Positions 18,587 through 26,623 of a DNA stretch of 32,000 bases are shown one piece after another. How positions within the stretch are numbered: position 1 is the stretch's first letter; each line of letters starts with the position of its first letter. This DNA comes from Crocosphaera subtropica ATCC 51142. GTDB lineage: Bacteria; Cyanobacteriota; Cyanobacteriia; Cyanobacteriales; Microcystaceae. Under the pieces are notes generated by a model. That model did not search any database and was not told the origin of the DNA. It saw nothing but the letters and a program-made list of their open reading frames with translations. The stretch covers positions 210,001-242,000 of the forward strand of contig NC_010547.1 in the NCBI RefSeq assembly GCF_000017845.1, given 5' to 3'. Both the position numbers and the translations under genes were made by a program.

Positions 18587-19036
18587 CTAAAAGCTTTCCC
18601 ATAAAAAAGGATAACTTTCAGGGTTATCAGTGTATTTTGCCTTCACTGGATTTTGTTTAATATATTCCCAAGTATTAAGAAACTGTTGACGATTTTTGAT
18701 TAATGTATCATAGCGTCCATCTTGCCAAACTTTGCCGATATGTTTCATTACTTTAGGAATTTGTTTAGAACTATAGCTTTTTATACTGTGTAAAAAACTA
18801 CCAATTGACCAATATTTATTATCTGATTTTTGATAGGGTTTAATTAATAGATGAACGTGATCTGACATAATCACAGCAGTATATAAATAATAGCGTTTGT
18901 CGTGAAAATATAGGCAAGCATTTAGAACAATTTTTCTCGCTTCATTATTTAATTCTAATCGCTCATAAGTGTTGAAGGTAATGAAATAAATTCCTCCTTG
19001 AATTTCTAATTTCGGCAATGGTTTTTTGTAGGGCAT
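18587..19036 (-). CDS. REP-associated tyrosine transposase (RAYT, IS200/Y1 HUH family)
   Basis: The HUH motif is SDHVHLLI, the catalytic-Tyr region is HSIKSYSSKQI, and the C-terminal YIKQNPVKA is present. At 149 aa it is a single domain. Palindromic repeats flank it on its upstream side. Confidence 0.75.
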   Translation of the reverse strand: MPYKKPLPKLEIQGGIYFITFNTYERLELNNEARKIVLNACLYFHDKRYYLYTAVIMSDHVHLLIKPYQKSDNKYWSIGSFLHSIKSYSSKQIPKVMKHIGKVWQDGRYDTLIKNRQQFLNTWEYIKQNPVKAKYTDNPESYPFLWESF

Positions 19037-19064
19037 AATGGTTTATAAATCAATATTTTTTTAG

Positions 19065-19200
19065 GAGTGCGAGCATCTTGCTCCCTAAACCTTCAATAAC
19101 TCCCTAAACCCTCAATAGCGAGGGAGAAGCTCACACCCCTTTTCTTGGGAATGGGAGCATCTTGCTCCCTAAACTTTAAACAGTGAGCGAGACGCTCACA
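19065..19200. repeat. Cluster of REP-like palindromes of the (G/T)GAGC-NNN-GCTC(C/A) family
   Basis: Copies are GCGAGCATCTTGCTCCCTAAAC (19069-19090), GGGAGCATCTTGCTCCCTAAAC (19153-19174) and GTGAGCGAGACGCTCAC (19183-19199). A hybrid copy lies near 19121-19135. A tandem CTCCCTAAACC-N-TCAATA pair lies at 19081-19118. Confidence 0.8.
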
Positions 19201-19203
19201 TTC

Positions 19204-22200
19204 CTAATATCCCATCATATCCCAAGCCGCTAAAACTAATCTTTGGGTACGATATTCGCCGTATTTCCTCATCTCATTATTCTTGAGAACTCGGAAAGTT
19301 TCAGAGGGAAAATCTTCGCCATAAACATCAGCAGGATCTAAAATATAGCGTAGTTCATCACGGGTTAAACCGTAAAGTTTGGCAAATTTAGCATCAAGTT
19401 CTGCTCTTAATATAGCCCGTCTATCTTCATCCCAAATAAAGGGTTCTCCACTGTATCCCATATCCTCCGCAAAGGGTTTCATATCATAAGCAGTGTAAAC
19501 TAATTCTAAGACTCGACTGCTGATAAATTCGATGTCTTCTTCTGTGTACCAGTCTGGGGGAATAACGGGGAGTTGTTTTACAATGAAGAAATTTAAAGAT
19601 GTTCCCCCCATCTTTTGTCTCACTACAAAGTCAAAACATATACTGTTAAGATAAGCATAAAAGCAGCTTAATAAATTAATATTACTTTCACGGCTTATTA
19701 ACAAAGGAGCTTTATTACTGATGGCTGTTTTAGGTAAAATGCTACTAATAAAAGTTCGTTCATCAGTTGATCTGCAAATATCTCTAAACCCTATTAACCA
19801 TTCCTTATCCCACTTTCCTGCTAACTTATTTTCCACCTCAATTTTATCAACCCAATAACGAGGTTGTACGGTGCGATCGCATTCCATTTTCTCTTCTAGT
19901 TTCAAGTCATGGGTATTACCTTGATCATCATAACTTGCCCAACGATGATCAAATTGATGAAACATCTTTGCTTCATATAAAGGCACTAATCCTTCTCCTG
20001 CTTCACTTTTAAATAAATGACTATCATTACTCATGTGAAACATTGCCATAAATGAAATACCCCAAGGATTATGACCTGTCGCTTGGTGCGGATAATCTCC
20101 GAGGGAACCTCGGAGTTCCGCATCCGCTTTTTCGTTTTCTAAAACAGGAACACGCTGATAAATTTTCTTAGTTAATTCTGCATCAGCTTTTGTCCGAAAA
20201 ACAGGACAAGTTAAAGTATTCGGATTCATTAACTTAATGTCTTGTGGTGATAATTGAAAGACTCTATTTTTATCTTCAATTTGTTTCGCTTGAGTTAGGA
20301 AAAAGGAAAAATTAGTATTTTGAGTTGCTTTACCGCTAATTCCTAATAAAGAAAATTTCATACGACTATCAACAGCAGAAAATAACTTTTCTCTATTCTC
20401 AAAGTCATAAAGACTACTCAAGTTTTCTTGTTGAATTAAATCACCGAAGAAATTTTGATAAGTCGCATCCGTTGCTATTCCAGTAGGAATAATGACCCCG
20501 ACTTGCCCATCAGAGTTAATTAATTTTCTAACTGTTTCAGCAAACACAGCATAAGTATTAATATCTCCTTTACTGGTTAATAAAAATCGTGCTGATTCTC
20601 TAATAAATTTACCCTGTGCATCAGCATCATGTTTCGCTTCTTCAAACGCTTGTAATAATGTAGGATTAGTGTGTGCTAATTGCTTAATTAACTTAGTTCT
20701 CGCTGCCTTATTTTTAGCTGTAGCGATCGCTTCATCTTTAGAAGCAAAGAATTCCTTTTCTTGCAACTTAATTCGTTCCCAAGGAGGATTACCCAATACA
20801 CAACTAAATCCACCTTCCTCAAACACTTCGGGAAATTCTAAACACCAATGAAAAAAGCGTTTTTCTTGCGCTAATTGATTAGCTGCTTTAACCACTGAAG
20901 TTGTCGTTTTATTCCCTTCTAATAATCGATGTAACGCTTCTGTTGTGGGAAGTAACTGTAAATTATTTTCTGTTAAGGGCATAAAAAAGGCTGCCGTCCA
21001 CAAATTACAAGCCGAATAATCACGCCACCATCCCTCATTTTTATCACTATGACGACTTAAATATTGTTCCTTTTTCAACTTAACATCATCGGTATTATTT
21101 TCAGGAATCTTCCCTAATGCTTGCCAATCTTGAGCATACTTTTCTAAGCTAATTTCTAAATTATCAAACAAAGATAATTGATGACTTTCAATATTTTTTC
21201 TTTCCTCTTTATTACGCTTTTTAAACGCAGTCGCCCATTTTTTTTCATCTCCCGTCACCGCTTTAAATGCACCATCAGGAATGCCTTCTTTTAACACAGA
21301 AATATCCAACACACCCACCAAAGAATTACCGCATTTAATACGATGATCCAAGAAATTTAAAGGATACCCTTTACAAAAACCTTCAATCCATAAAGCCACT
21401 TTACACAGATCCACACTCAAAGGATTATAATCTACCCCATAGATGCAATGCTGAATGACATCCCGTACCGCTTGACTCAAGGGTTCCGGGGATGGGTGAA
21501 CCTCTCCTGTGCGAATTCGGGCTAATTCCTTACCAATACGCCTTGCTGCTGCTAATAAAAAGTGTCCACTCCCACAAGCGGGATCACAAACTTTAATACT
21601 TAATAAAGCTGCTTCTTGCTGTTGTTGAAGACTCAGGGGTGGGAGCGTCTCGCTCCCTAGATTATCTTTGTTTGTGCCTAGATTATCTTTATTTTTCCCT
21701 TTTTGGGGATTAGCGAGCAGGATACTCGCACTACTGCTGCTGCGGCTGACTTCTGCCAATTTTTCGGCAATGACAGGTTCTAACGCAGACTTGATCAACT
21801 GTCCTACTAATTCAGGAGGAGTATAATAAGAGCCAGTGGTTTTGCGATCGCTTCCTGTCACCAATTTAAAGACATAAATTCCTTCATAAGTGACAATTTT
21901 GGGCGTAAAATCAAGCAAACTTTCATAAACACTGCCCAATTCTTCCACATCCAAGGCCGCATAATTGACCCGTCGTAACTGACCCCGATTCTCGTAGAGA
22001 GAAAGATGACGAAGGGCTAAGAGCAAGTCATGATTATCAATGGCATAACTATCCAACGTTTCTAAGGATTTTGAGCCAAATAAGTCCCCATTGAGAGGCG
22101 ATAACCCCAATAATTGACCGCGCCAACTCTCATCAAATAAACTAAACGTTACCCGTAACCCTTGCCAAATATCTTGAAACCCTTCCCGACGATAACTTTT

Positions 22201-23016
22201 ACGTTCCGCCAACGCCCTTAAACGATTAATACTGTAATATTCCGTGTAAATTCTTGCTTTATCAATATCTTCCCCGTCTAACAATAAATTACGAGATTCA
22301 GCCACCATTAAAAACAATAAACGGTAAATCATCAGTAATAATTGACGATAATAGTCTTGTTCCGATAACTCCCCTCTCATTACCGCTTCTCGTAACTCCT
22401 CATTTTGAGGATGTTGCAGAAACCCACTTCCCAATAACTTTAACGCTTCTTCGACTCCATCCCGTAGGCGATCGCGTACCCGTCCCCCTTGTTGCAAAGC
22501 CTCTTGATGATAGAATTCCAAGAGACAACTATCGACATCATCAATGCCATCTGGTAAACGAGTCCGGTGAAAAAGACGATAAAATAAGCCAAATTCCGCA
22601 AAATTTTCGTTATTAAAGATTTGCTCTAGATCAAACTCCACAAACGTTAAACGAGTCATCAAAGAACAATCTCGTAATAACCGCCACTGAAACCCATTGG
22701 TAACAATGCCCCATAAATGCTCTGTGCGGTTAAGATATTCTTGTAATAAGCCATGCGCTGACAGTCTGGGACGACCGGACGGGGAACGTTGTTCTAAGGA
22801 TAACTTACAGCCAATGACGTGCAGGGGAGGAGAGGGGTTAATGTCCTCAGAAGACGCTATTTCCTCGGCCCGATGGGAAATAGCAAAGGTTTGACCGTCA
22901 ATGACTTCTGCTTTGACTTGTAAAATCGGTTCATATCCCAACAGTTTCAGTAAAGGAACTGCCCAATATTCCCGTGTTTCGCTGGTTCCGGTCTCTTCTT
23001 CCCCGACTCGTTCCAA
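19204..23016 (-). CDS. Gamma-class N6-adenine DNA methyltransferase, Eco57I/DrmMI/PglX-like; main body, 5' end interrupted (likely pseudogene)
   Basis: The GSYYTPPELV motif, the SAM-binding motif DPACGSGHFLL (about 21559-21592) and the catalytic NPPW (20779-20790) are all present. The track start is a TTG with no Shine-Dalgarno. The frame stays open and protein-like upstream to 23181 with no start codon. Confidence 0.85.
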   Translation of the reverse strand: MERVGEEETGTSETREYWAVPLLKLLGYEPILQVKAEVIDGQTFAISHRAEEIASSEDINPSPPLHVIGCKLSLEQRSPSGRPRLSAHGLLQEYLNRTEHLWGIVTNGFQWRLLRDCSLMTRLTFVEFDLEQIFNNENFAEFGLFYRLFHRTRLPDGIDDVDSCLLEFYHQEALQQGGRVRDRLRDGVEEALKLLGSGFLQHPQNEELREAVMRGELSEQDYYRQLLLMIYRLLFLMVAESRNLLLDGEDIDKARIYTEYYSINRLRALAERKSYRREGFQDIWQGLRVTFSLFDESWRGQLLGLSPLNGDLFGSKSLETLDSYAIDNHDLLLALRHLSLYENRGQLRRVNYAALDVEELGSVYESLLDFTPKIVTYEGIYVFKLVTGSDRKTTGSYYTPPELVGQLIKSALEPVIAEKLAEVSRSSSSASILLANPQKGKNKDNLGTNKDNLGSETLPPLSLQQQQEAALLSIKVCDPACGSGHFLLAAARRIGKELARIRTGEVHPSPEPLSQAVRDVIQHCIYGVDYNPLSVDLCKVALWIEGFCKGYPLNFLDHRIKCGNSLVGVLDISVLKEGIPDGAFKAVTGDEKKWATAFKKRNKEERKNIESHQLSLFDNLEISLEKYAQDWQALGKIPENNTDDVKLKKEQYLSRHSDKNEGWWRDYSACNLWTAAFFMPLTENNLQLLPTTEALHRLLEGNKTTTSVVKAANQLAQEKRFFHWCLEFPEVFEEGGFSCVLGNPPWERIKLQEKEFFASKDEAIATAKNKAARTKLIKQLAHTNPTLLQAFEEAKHDADAQGKFIRESARFLLTSKGDINTYAVFAETVRKLINSDGQVGVIIPTGIATDATYQNFFGDLIQQENLSSLYDFENREKLFSAVDSRMKFSLLGISGKATQNTNFSFFLTQAKQIEDKNRVFQLSPQDIKLMNPNTLTCPVFRTKADAELTKKIYQRVPVLENEKADAELRGSLGDYPHQATGHNPWGISFMAMFHMSNDSHLFKSEAGEGLVPLYEAKMFHQFDHRWASYDDQGNTHDLKLEEKMECDRTVQPRYWVDKIEVENKLAGKWDKEWLIGFRDICRSTDERTFISSILPKTAISNKAPLLISRESNINLLSCFYAYLNSICFDFVVRQKMGGTSLNFFIVKQLPVIPPDWYTEEDIEFISSRVLELVYTAYDMKPFAEDMGYSGEPFIWDEDRRAILRAELDAKFAKLYGLTRDELRYILDPADVYGEDFPSETFRVLKNNEMRKYGEYRTQRLVLAAWDMMGY
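21643..21705. repeat. REP-like palindrome plus 21-bp tandem duplication embedded in frame in the methyltransferase
   Basis: The perfect palindrome GGGAGCGTCTCGCTCCC (21645-21661) is followed by CTAGATTATCTTT twice (21658-21670 and 21679-21691). It is translated as KNKDNLGTNKDNLGSETLPP. The layout (hairpin, then CCCTA(A/G)A.. duplicates) matches the intergenic copies at 19065-19200. Confidence 0.7.
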
Positions 23017-23124
23017 GCGACGTTGAAAAATCCGCCATTGATCCTTAGCTTCACCCCAAGCAAAGGCAATTTCATCCTCTAATTTAGTGGATTTTTCCAG
23101 CCCAAAATGAACATTATTTTGACC

Positions 23125-23313
23125 AAAGATTGGAGATTGCCGATTGGAGATTGGAGATTGAGTAAAAACAAGCCTTTGCTTTCAAGCATTGGTAAATCTA
23201 AAATCTATCCTCAAAAATCAACAATTAATCTAAAATCTACAATTTTTAATCCCAAGCCCCTGTCTTTTAAGCAGGGGTCAATCTGCAATCTTCCCTCTGT
23301 AATCTGCAATTGC
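23125..23313. mobile_element. 189-bp MITE-like non-autonomous insertion with a TTGACC target duplication, interrupting the methyltransferase 5' end
   Basis: The inverted ends are AGATTGGAGATTG (23127-23139) and CAATCTGCAATCT (23279-23291), 12/13 as reverse complements. Internal features are GATTGGA heptamers, AATCTAAAATCTA twice, and the hairpin CCCCTG-N9-CAGGGG (23257-23277). Direct TTGACC copies lie at 23119-23124 and 23314-23319. There is no coding capacity. Confidence 0.65.
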
Positions 23314-23403
23314 TTGACCTTTAATATCTCCTGATGCTAGTTCAGTGGTGAGATCAGAAGCAAGAAGATTTCCAGCAATACGGATAGCAGTAGCAGTGTT
23401 CAT
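23278..23403 (-). pseudogene. Detached N-terminal 41 codons of the methyltransferase
   Basis: ATG at 23403 opens MNTATAIRIAGNLLASDLTTELASGDIKGQAIADYRGKIAD*. It is in the same frame as the main ORF (387 nt = 129 codons apart). The last roughly 11 codons and the stop are supplied by the inserted element. Confidence 0.6.
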
Positions 23404-23445
23404 GGTAATAAAAAAAGATTCAGGGTTGAATAGAAACTAGGGAGT

Positions 23446-23526
23446 GTGAGCATCTTGCTCACTGAATTAGAAATATGAGCATCTTGCTCACTAAGAGGAG
23501 ATAATGAAGATGAGCATTTTGCTCAC
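23446..23526. repeat. Three REP-like 17-bp palindromes between the SNF2 and methyltransferase genes
   Basis: Copies are GTGAGCATCTTGCTCAC (23446-23462), ATGAGCATCTTGCTCAC (23475-23491) and ATGAGCATTTTGCTCAC (23510-23526). Each has 6-7-bp arms and a 3-nt loop. They belong to the same family as 19065-19200. Confidence 0.8.
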
Positions 23527-23550
23527 TGACAGAAAAAATGAGTTAAATTG

Positions 23551-26436
23551 TTATTCAGGTAGGAGAATATAAAGACCCAAAACATCCATCGGTAACTGAG
23601 GTTCAACCTTCCGGAAAGTCCCTTCCTTAGTGAACTTTCTGACACGACGATGAGAAGTTAATAAATTCTTAGCCCGTTCTTTGGCGATCGCCTCTAAACT
23701 AGGCATCAAATCCTCTAAACGGTTCAGGACTTTTTCAATCCATCGTTGCTTGTCTTCATAGTCCAAATCCCCAGTAGGAACAGTATTATCGAGTAAATTA
23801 AGGGTGTCAGCTTGGGATAACCATTGAGGGGCATTAGGGGTTCCGGTAAACCCTCTCACTAAACACTCTTCAGCTAATAAGGGTTGAGTATTTTTTCCGC
23901 CCAATAAATAGCGCAACCGCAATGAAAGAATGATGGTGGGTTTGGTGACAGCATCCGTTACCGTAACCCCACAACGAGAGGCGATAGGATCTTGCCCTTC
24001 TAAGGCTTCCTCGAACAAATAACGGGCTAATCCTTCGACTAAAGGATGATTCCGTCCCACATATTCAACTCCTTCCGAAACAGGGGTTGTAAAAGCAATT
24101 TTGCGGGGCTGGTTGCCAATAATAGGTTGTAAGCAGGGAGGAATTGTCTTTAACTCATATCCTTGTTTCTTTTTAATCAGGGAAGTTCCCAATTGATCAC
24201 AAGCATTTTTAACAAATCGCTCCACATCCTTCTCATTACCCAGAATTTCATCGGCTTCGGTTAATTCTTGTTGCACTTCTTCTGGTTTAATGGAACGTTG
24301 AGCAAAGCGAGTACGATTTTGTTTTTCTCGTTCTACTGCTTTATCCCAGTGATGATGAACTTCTTTGAGAGAAGCATCTTCTTGTAAGTCTTCAAATAAG
24401 CTTAATTGACGGGCTGTGACGGTATCAGAATGTTCAAATAGGGATTGAAAGACCGCTTCTTGTACCGTCGTGCTATCCATTGGTAACGGAACAGTAATTC
24501 CCAGACTGCGGTGAATTGTCACTGCTTTTCTGAGCAATACTTGTAAAATTGCCCCATCAACGGGATTATCTTGACCATACAAGAGAATACATTTAACATC
24601 AGGGTTAGCCTGTCCATAACGGTCAATTCTTCCCTCGCGTTGTTCTAATCGATTAGGGTTGAAGGGTAAATCGACATGGCAACAAGCATTAAAATGTTCT
24701 TGAAGGTTAATCCCCTCACTTAAACAGTCTGTGGCCACTAAAACCCGTTGAGAGTAGGATTTTAATTCATCTAGACGAATTTCCCGTTCATCCTCAGATA
24801 ATTCGCCTGTGATAGCAATAATCCGCACTTGGCTATTGCGTTGCTTCTCTAAAACTTCTTGCAACGCTTGAGCATAATAGTTAGCAGTGGCGATATAACG
24901 ACACCAAAGAATGGGGTTATAACCTTCTTCTAACAACTCCTTGACTAATTTAATGGTCTGTTGCAGTTTTTTATCTTTTTTTCCTGTGAGTTGTTCAGCA
25001 ACCTTAACAAAAGCCCTTAATTTGCGTTTTTCCCAGTCTTGATAGGCTTTTGTTCCCTCTTCAACCACTGCGGTTGGAACAATATCAACGGATTTTTCCT
25101 CTTCCGTTGCATCACAGACATAAGGAGACGCTAAGTGATCGTAATTGACTCCTAATTCTTCACTTAACTCACTGGTTAATTCCTTAGTATCAGCATCTTT
25201 TTTAACCTGTCTCGATAAGGTAGCGATCGCTGCTGCTGGAGACGACATCACACAACGAATAATAGCTAACGCTGACCAGTATCTTCCCCGTTTTTGAGCA
25301 TGAGTTAAACTATCATCAACCGATTGAACTAACCCTCTGGCAAAATCATAGACATCATCTAATAAGTCTCGATATTCTTTTGATAACTGGTAGGGATATT
25401 CTAATGCCTCACGTTTCGGAAAGGGCGTTTCTTCGTCCATCCAATTCTGTACATCAGCCCTTCGTCGTTGAATAAAGTGCTGTGCGAGATCAATGCGTTG
25501 CTGTTCACTGAGGGCATCTAATTGTAAATGACTAAAATCAGGGTTTAAAAAGCCCAAAATGGAGAGAAACGAGGCTTCGATCCCACTGTGAGGGGTAGCG
25601 GTTAGTAATATTAAATGTTGCTTGGGATTTTCGGCTAGTTTACTTACTAATTGATGGCGTTGTTGGGTTTTGCCTTCCTTTCCATTGGCCGCCGTATGAA
25701 CTTCATCTACAATCACTAAATCAGGACAATGGGTCAAAAAACTAGCACGACGGCGTTCTGACTTAGCATAATCAAGACTGACAATAATATGGCGATAATA
25801 ACTAAAGATATGGTGATCGCTTGACGGTAATTCTCTCTCTAATTTAGCCACCGTTCCGGAACGAATGACCACCGCATCAATGTTAAATTTTTGCTTTAAT
25901 TCTCGCTGCCATTGATCGCATAATTGAGGAGGACATAAGACCCCTATACGTCTAATTTCTCCTCTATCGAGTAGTTCACGGGCAATCAAAGCAGTTTCGA
26001 TGGTCTTCCCGATGCCTACGTCATCTGAAATTAATAGGCGAATAACTTCTTGCTTTAACGCCATCAATAAGGGAACTAACTGATAGGGACGAGGACGCAC
26101 CGATAAACGACCTAAACAACGAAATGGCCCTGCCCCACTGCGAAGACTCAAACGGGCTGCATCAAGGAGTAGTCGCCCTGCTTCATGATTGCGTAAATGA
26201 GTGCCTTGAGGATGGGGAAAGGTTGCTGGTTCTATCTTTTCTCCCAAGATTGTGTAGATTCCGCAAACTTGTTCTTCACTTCCTGATAAGGGACGTAAAC
26301 GAATAACCTCTTCCTGCTCGGCTGGTAAAACAACCCACTGCCGATTTCGACATGAAACAATAGACCCCGGTGTTGGTGGCGAAGTAACTACAGAGAGAGG
26401 AAGAACCTGATTTTGATTAGAAACGACAGCAATCAT
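23551..26436 (-). CDS. SNF2/RAD54-family helicase, DrmD-like
   Basis: 961 aa. Motifs are I DDVGIGKT, II DEVH (25697-25711), III LLTATPH and VI QREGRIDRYGQ. It is co-oriented directly upstream of the methyltransferase. Confidence 0.85.
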   Translation of the reverse strand: MIAVVSNQNQVLPLSVVTSPPTPGSIVSCRNRQWVVLPAEQEEVIRLRPLSGSEEQVCGIYTILGEKIEPATFPHPQGTHLRNHEAGRLLLDAARLSLRSGAGPFRCLGRLSVRPRPYQLVPLLMALKQEVIRLLISDDVGIGKTIETALIARELLDRGEIRRIGVLCPPQLCDQWQRELKQKFNIDAVVIRSGTVAKLERELPSSDHHIFSYYRHIIVSLDYAKSERRRASFLTHCPDLVIVDEVHTAANGKEGKTQQRHQLVSKLAENPKQHLILLTATPHSGIEASFLSILGFLNPDFSHLQLDALSEQQRIDLAQHFIQRRRADVQNWMDEETPFPKREALEYPYQLSKEYRDLLDDVYDFARGLVQSVDDSLTHAQKRGRYWSALAIIRCVMSSPAAAIATLSRQVKKDADTKELTSELSEELGVNYDHLASPYVCDATEEEKSVDIVPTAVVEEGTKAYQDWEKRKLRAFVKVAEQLTGKKDKKLQQTIKLVKELLEEGYNPILWCRYIATANYYAQALQEVLEKQRNSQVRIIAITGELSEDEREIRLDELKSYSQRVLVATDCLSEGINLQEHFNACCHVDLPFNPNRLEQREGRIDRYGQANPDVKCILLYGQDNPVDGAILQVLLRKAVTIHRSLGITVPLPMDSTTVQEAVFQSLFEHSDTVTARQLSLFEDLQEDASLKEVHHHWDKAVEREKQNRTRFAQRSIKPEEVQQELTEADEILGNEKDVERFVKNACDQLGTSLIKKKQGYELKTIPPCLQPIIGNQPRKIAFTTPVSEGVEYVGRNHPLVEGLARYLFEEALEGQDPIASRCGVTVTDAVTKPTIILSLRLRYLLGGKNTQPLLAEECLVRGFTGTPNAPQWLSQADTLNLLDNTVPTGDLDYEDKQRWIEKVLNRLEDLMPSLEAIAKERAKNLLTSHRRVRKFTKEGTFRKVEPQLPMDVLGLYILLPE

Positions 26437-26623
26437 AAGAGGAAATACCAGATAAGTAGGCTTCAGTGAGCTATACTCAGCATTCCCTCCTAGCTATTTC
26501 TACGATCTCTGTATTTTCTCGGTTCTTTTACTTCCTAACACAAAGAATTCGGTACAATCACTACTGCAAAGTTATTAATGGAAGTCTCGAAAGAAATAAA
26601 AATATAGATTTTTGTTTTCATGT

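Noticed and set aside
19204-23016. Apparent GC difference between the N-terminal and C-terminal halves of the methyltransferase, and between cargo and backbone, as a sign of mosaicism
   Set aside because: It is based on hand counts of a few 60-nt lines only, and the variation between lines is large. It needs a proper sliding-window calculation before any claim.
23107-23334. 75-aa plus-strand ORF
   Set aside because: It is composed almost entirely of the GATTGGA and AATCT repeat arrays of the MITE-like element, so it is a repeat-driven open frame rather than a gene.
23446-23526. Regularly spaced palindromic repeats that could suggest a mini CRISPR array
   Set aside because: There are only three 17-bp copies with 12- and 18-nt gaps. 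No cas genes are present, and the same palindrome occurs singly elsewhere, including inside a gene. This is REP-like behaviour, not a CRISPR array.
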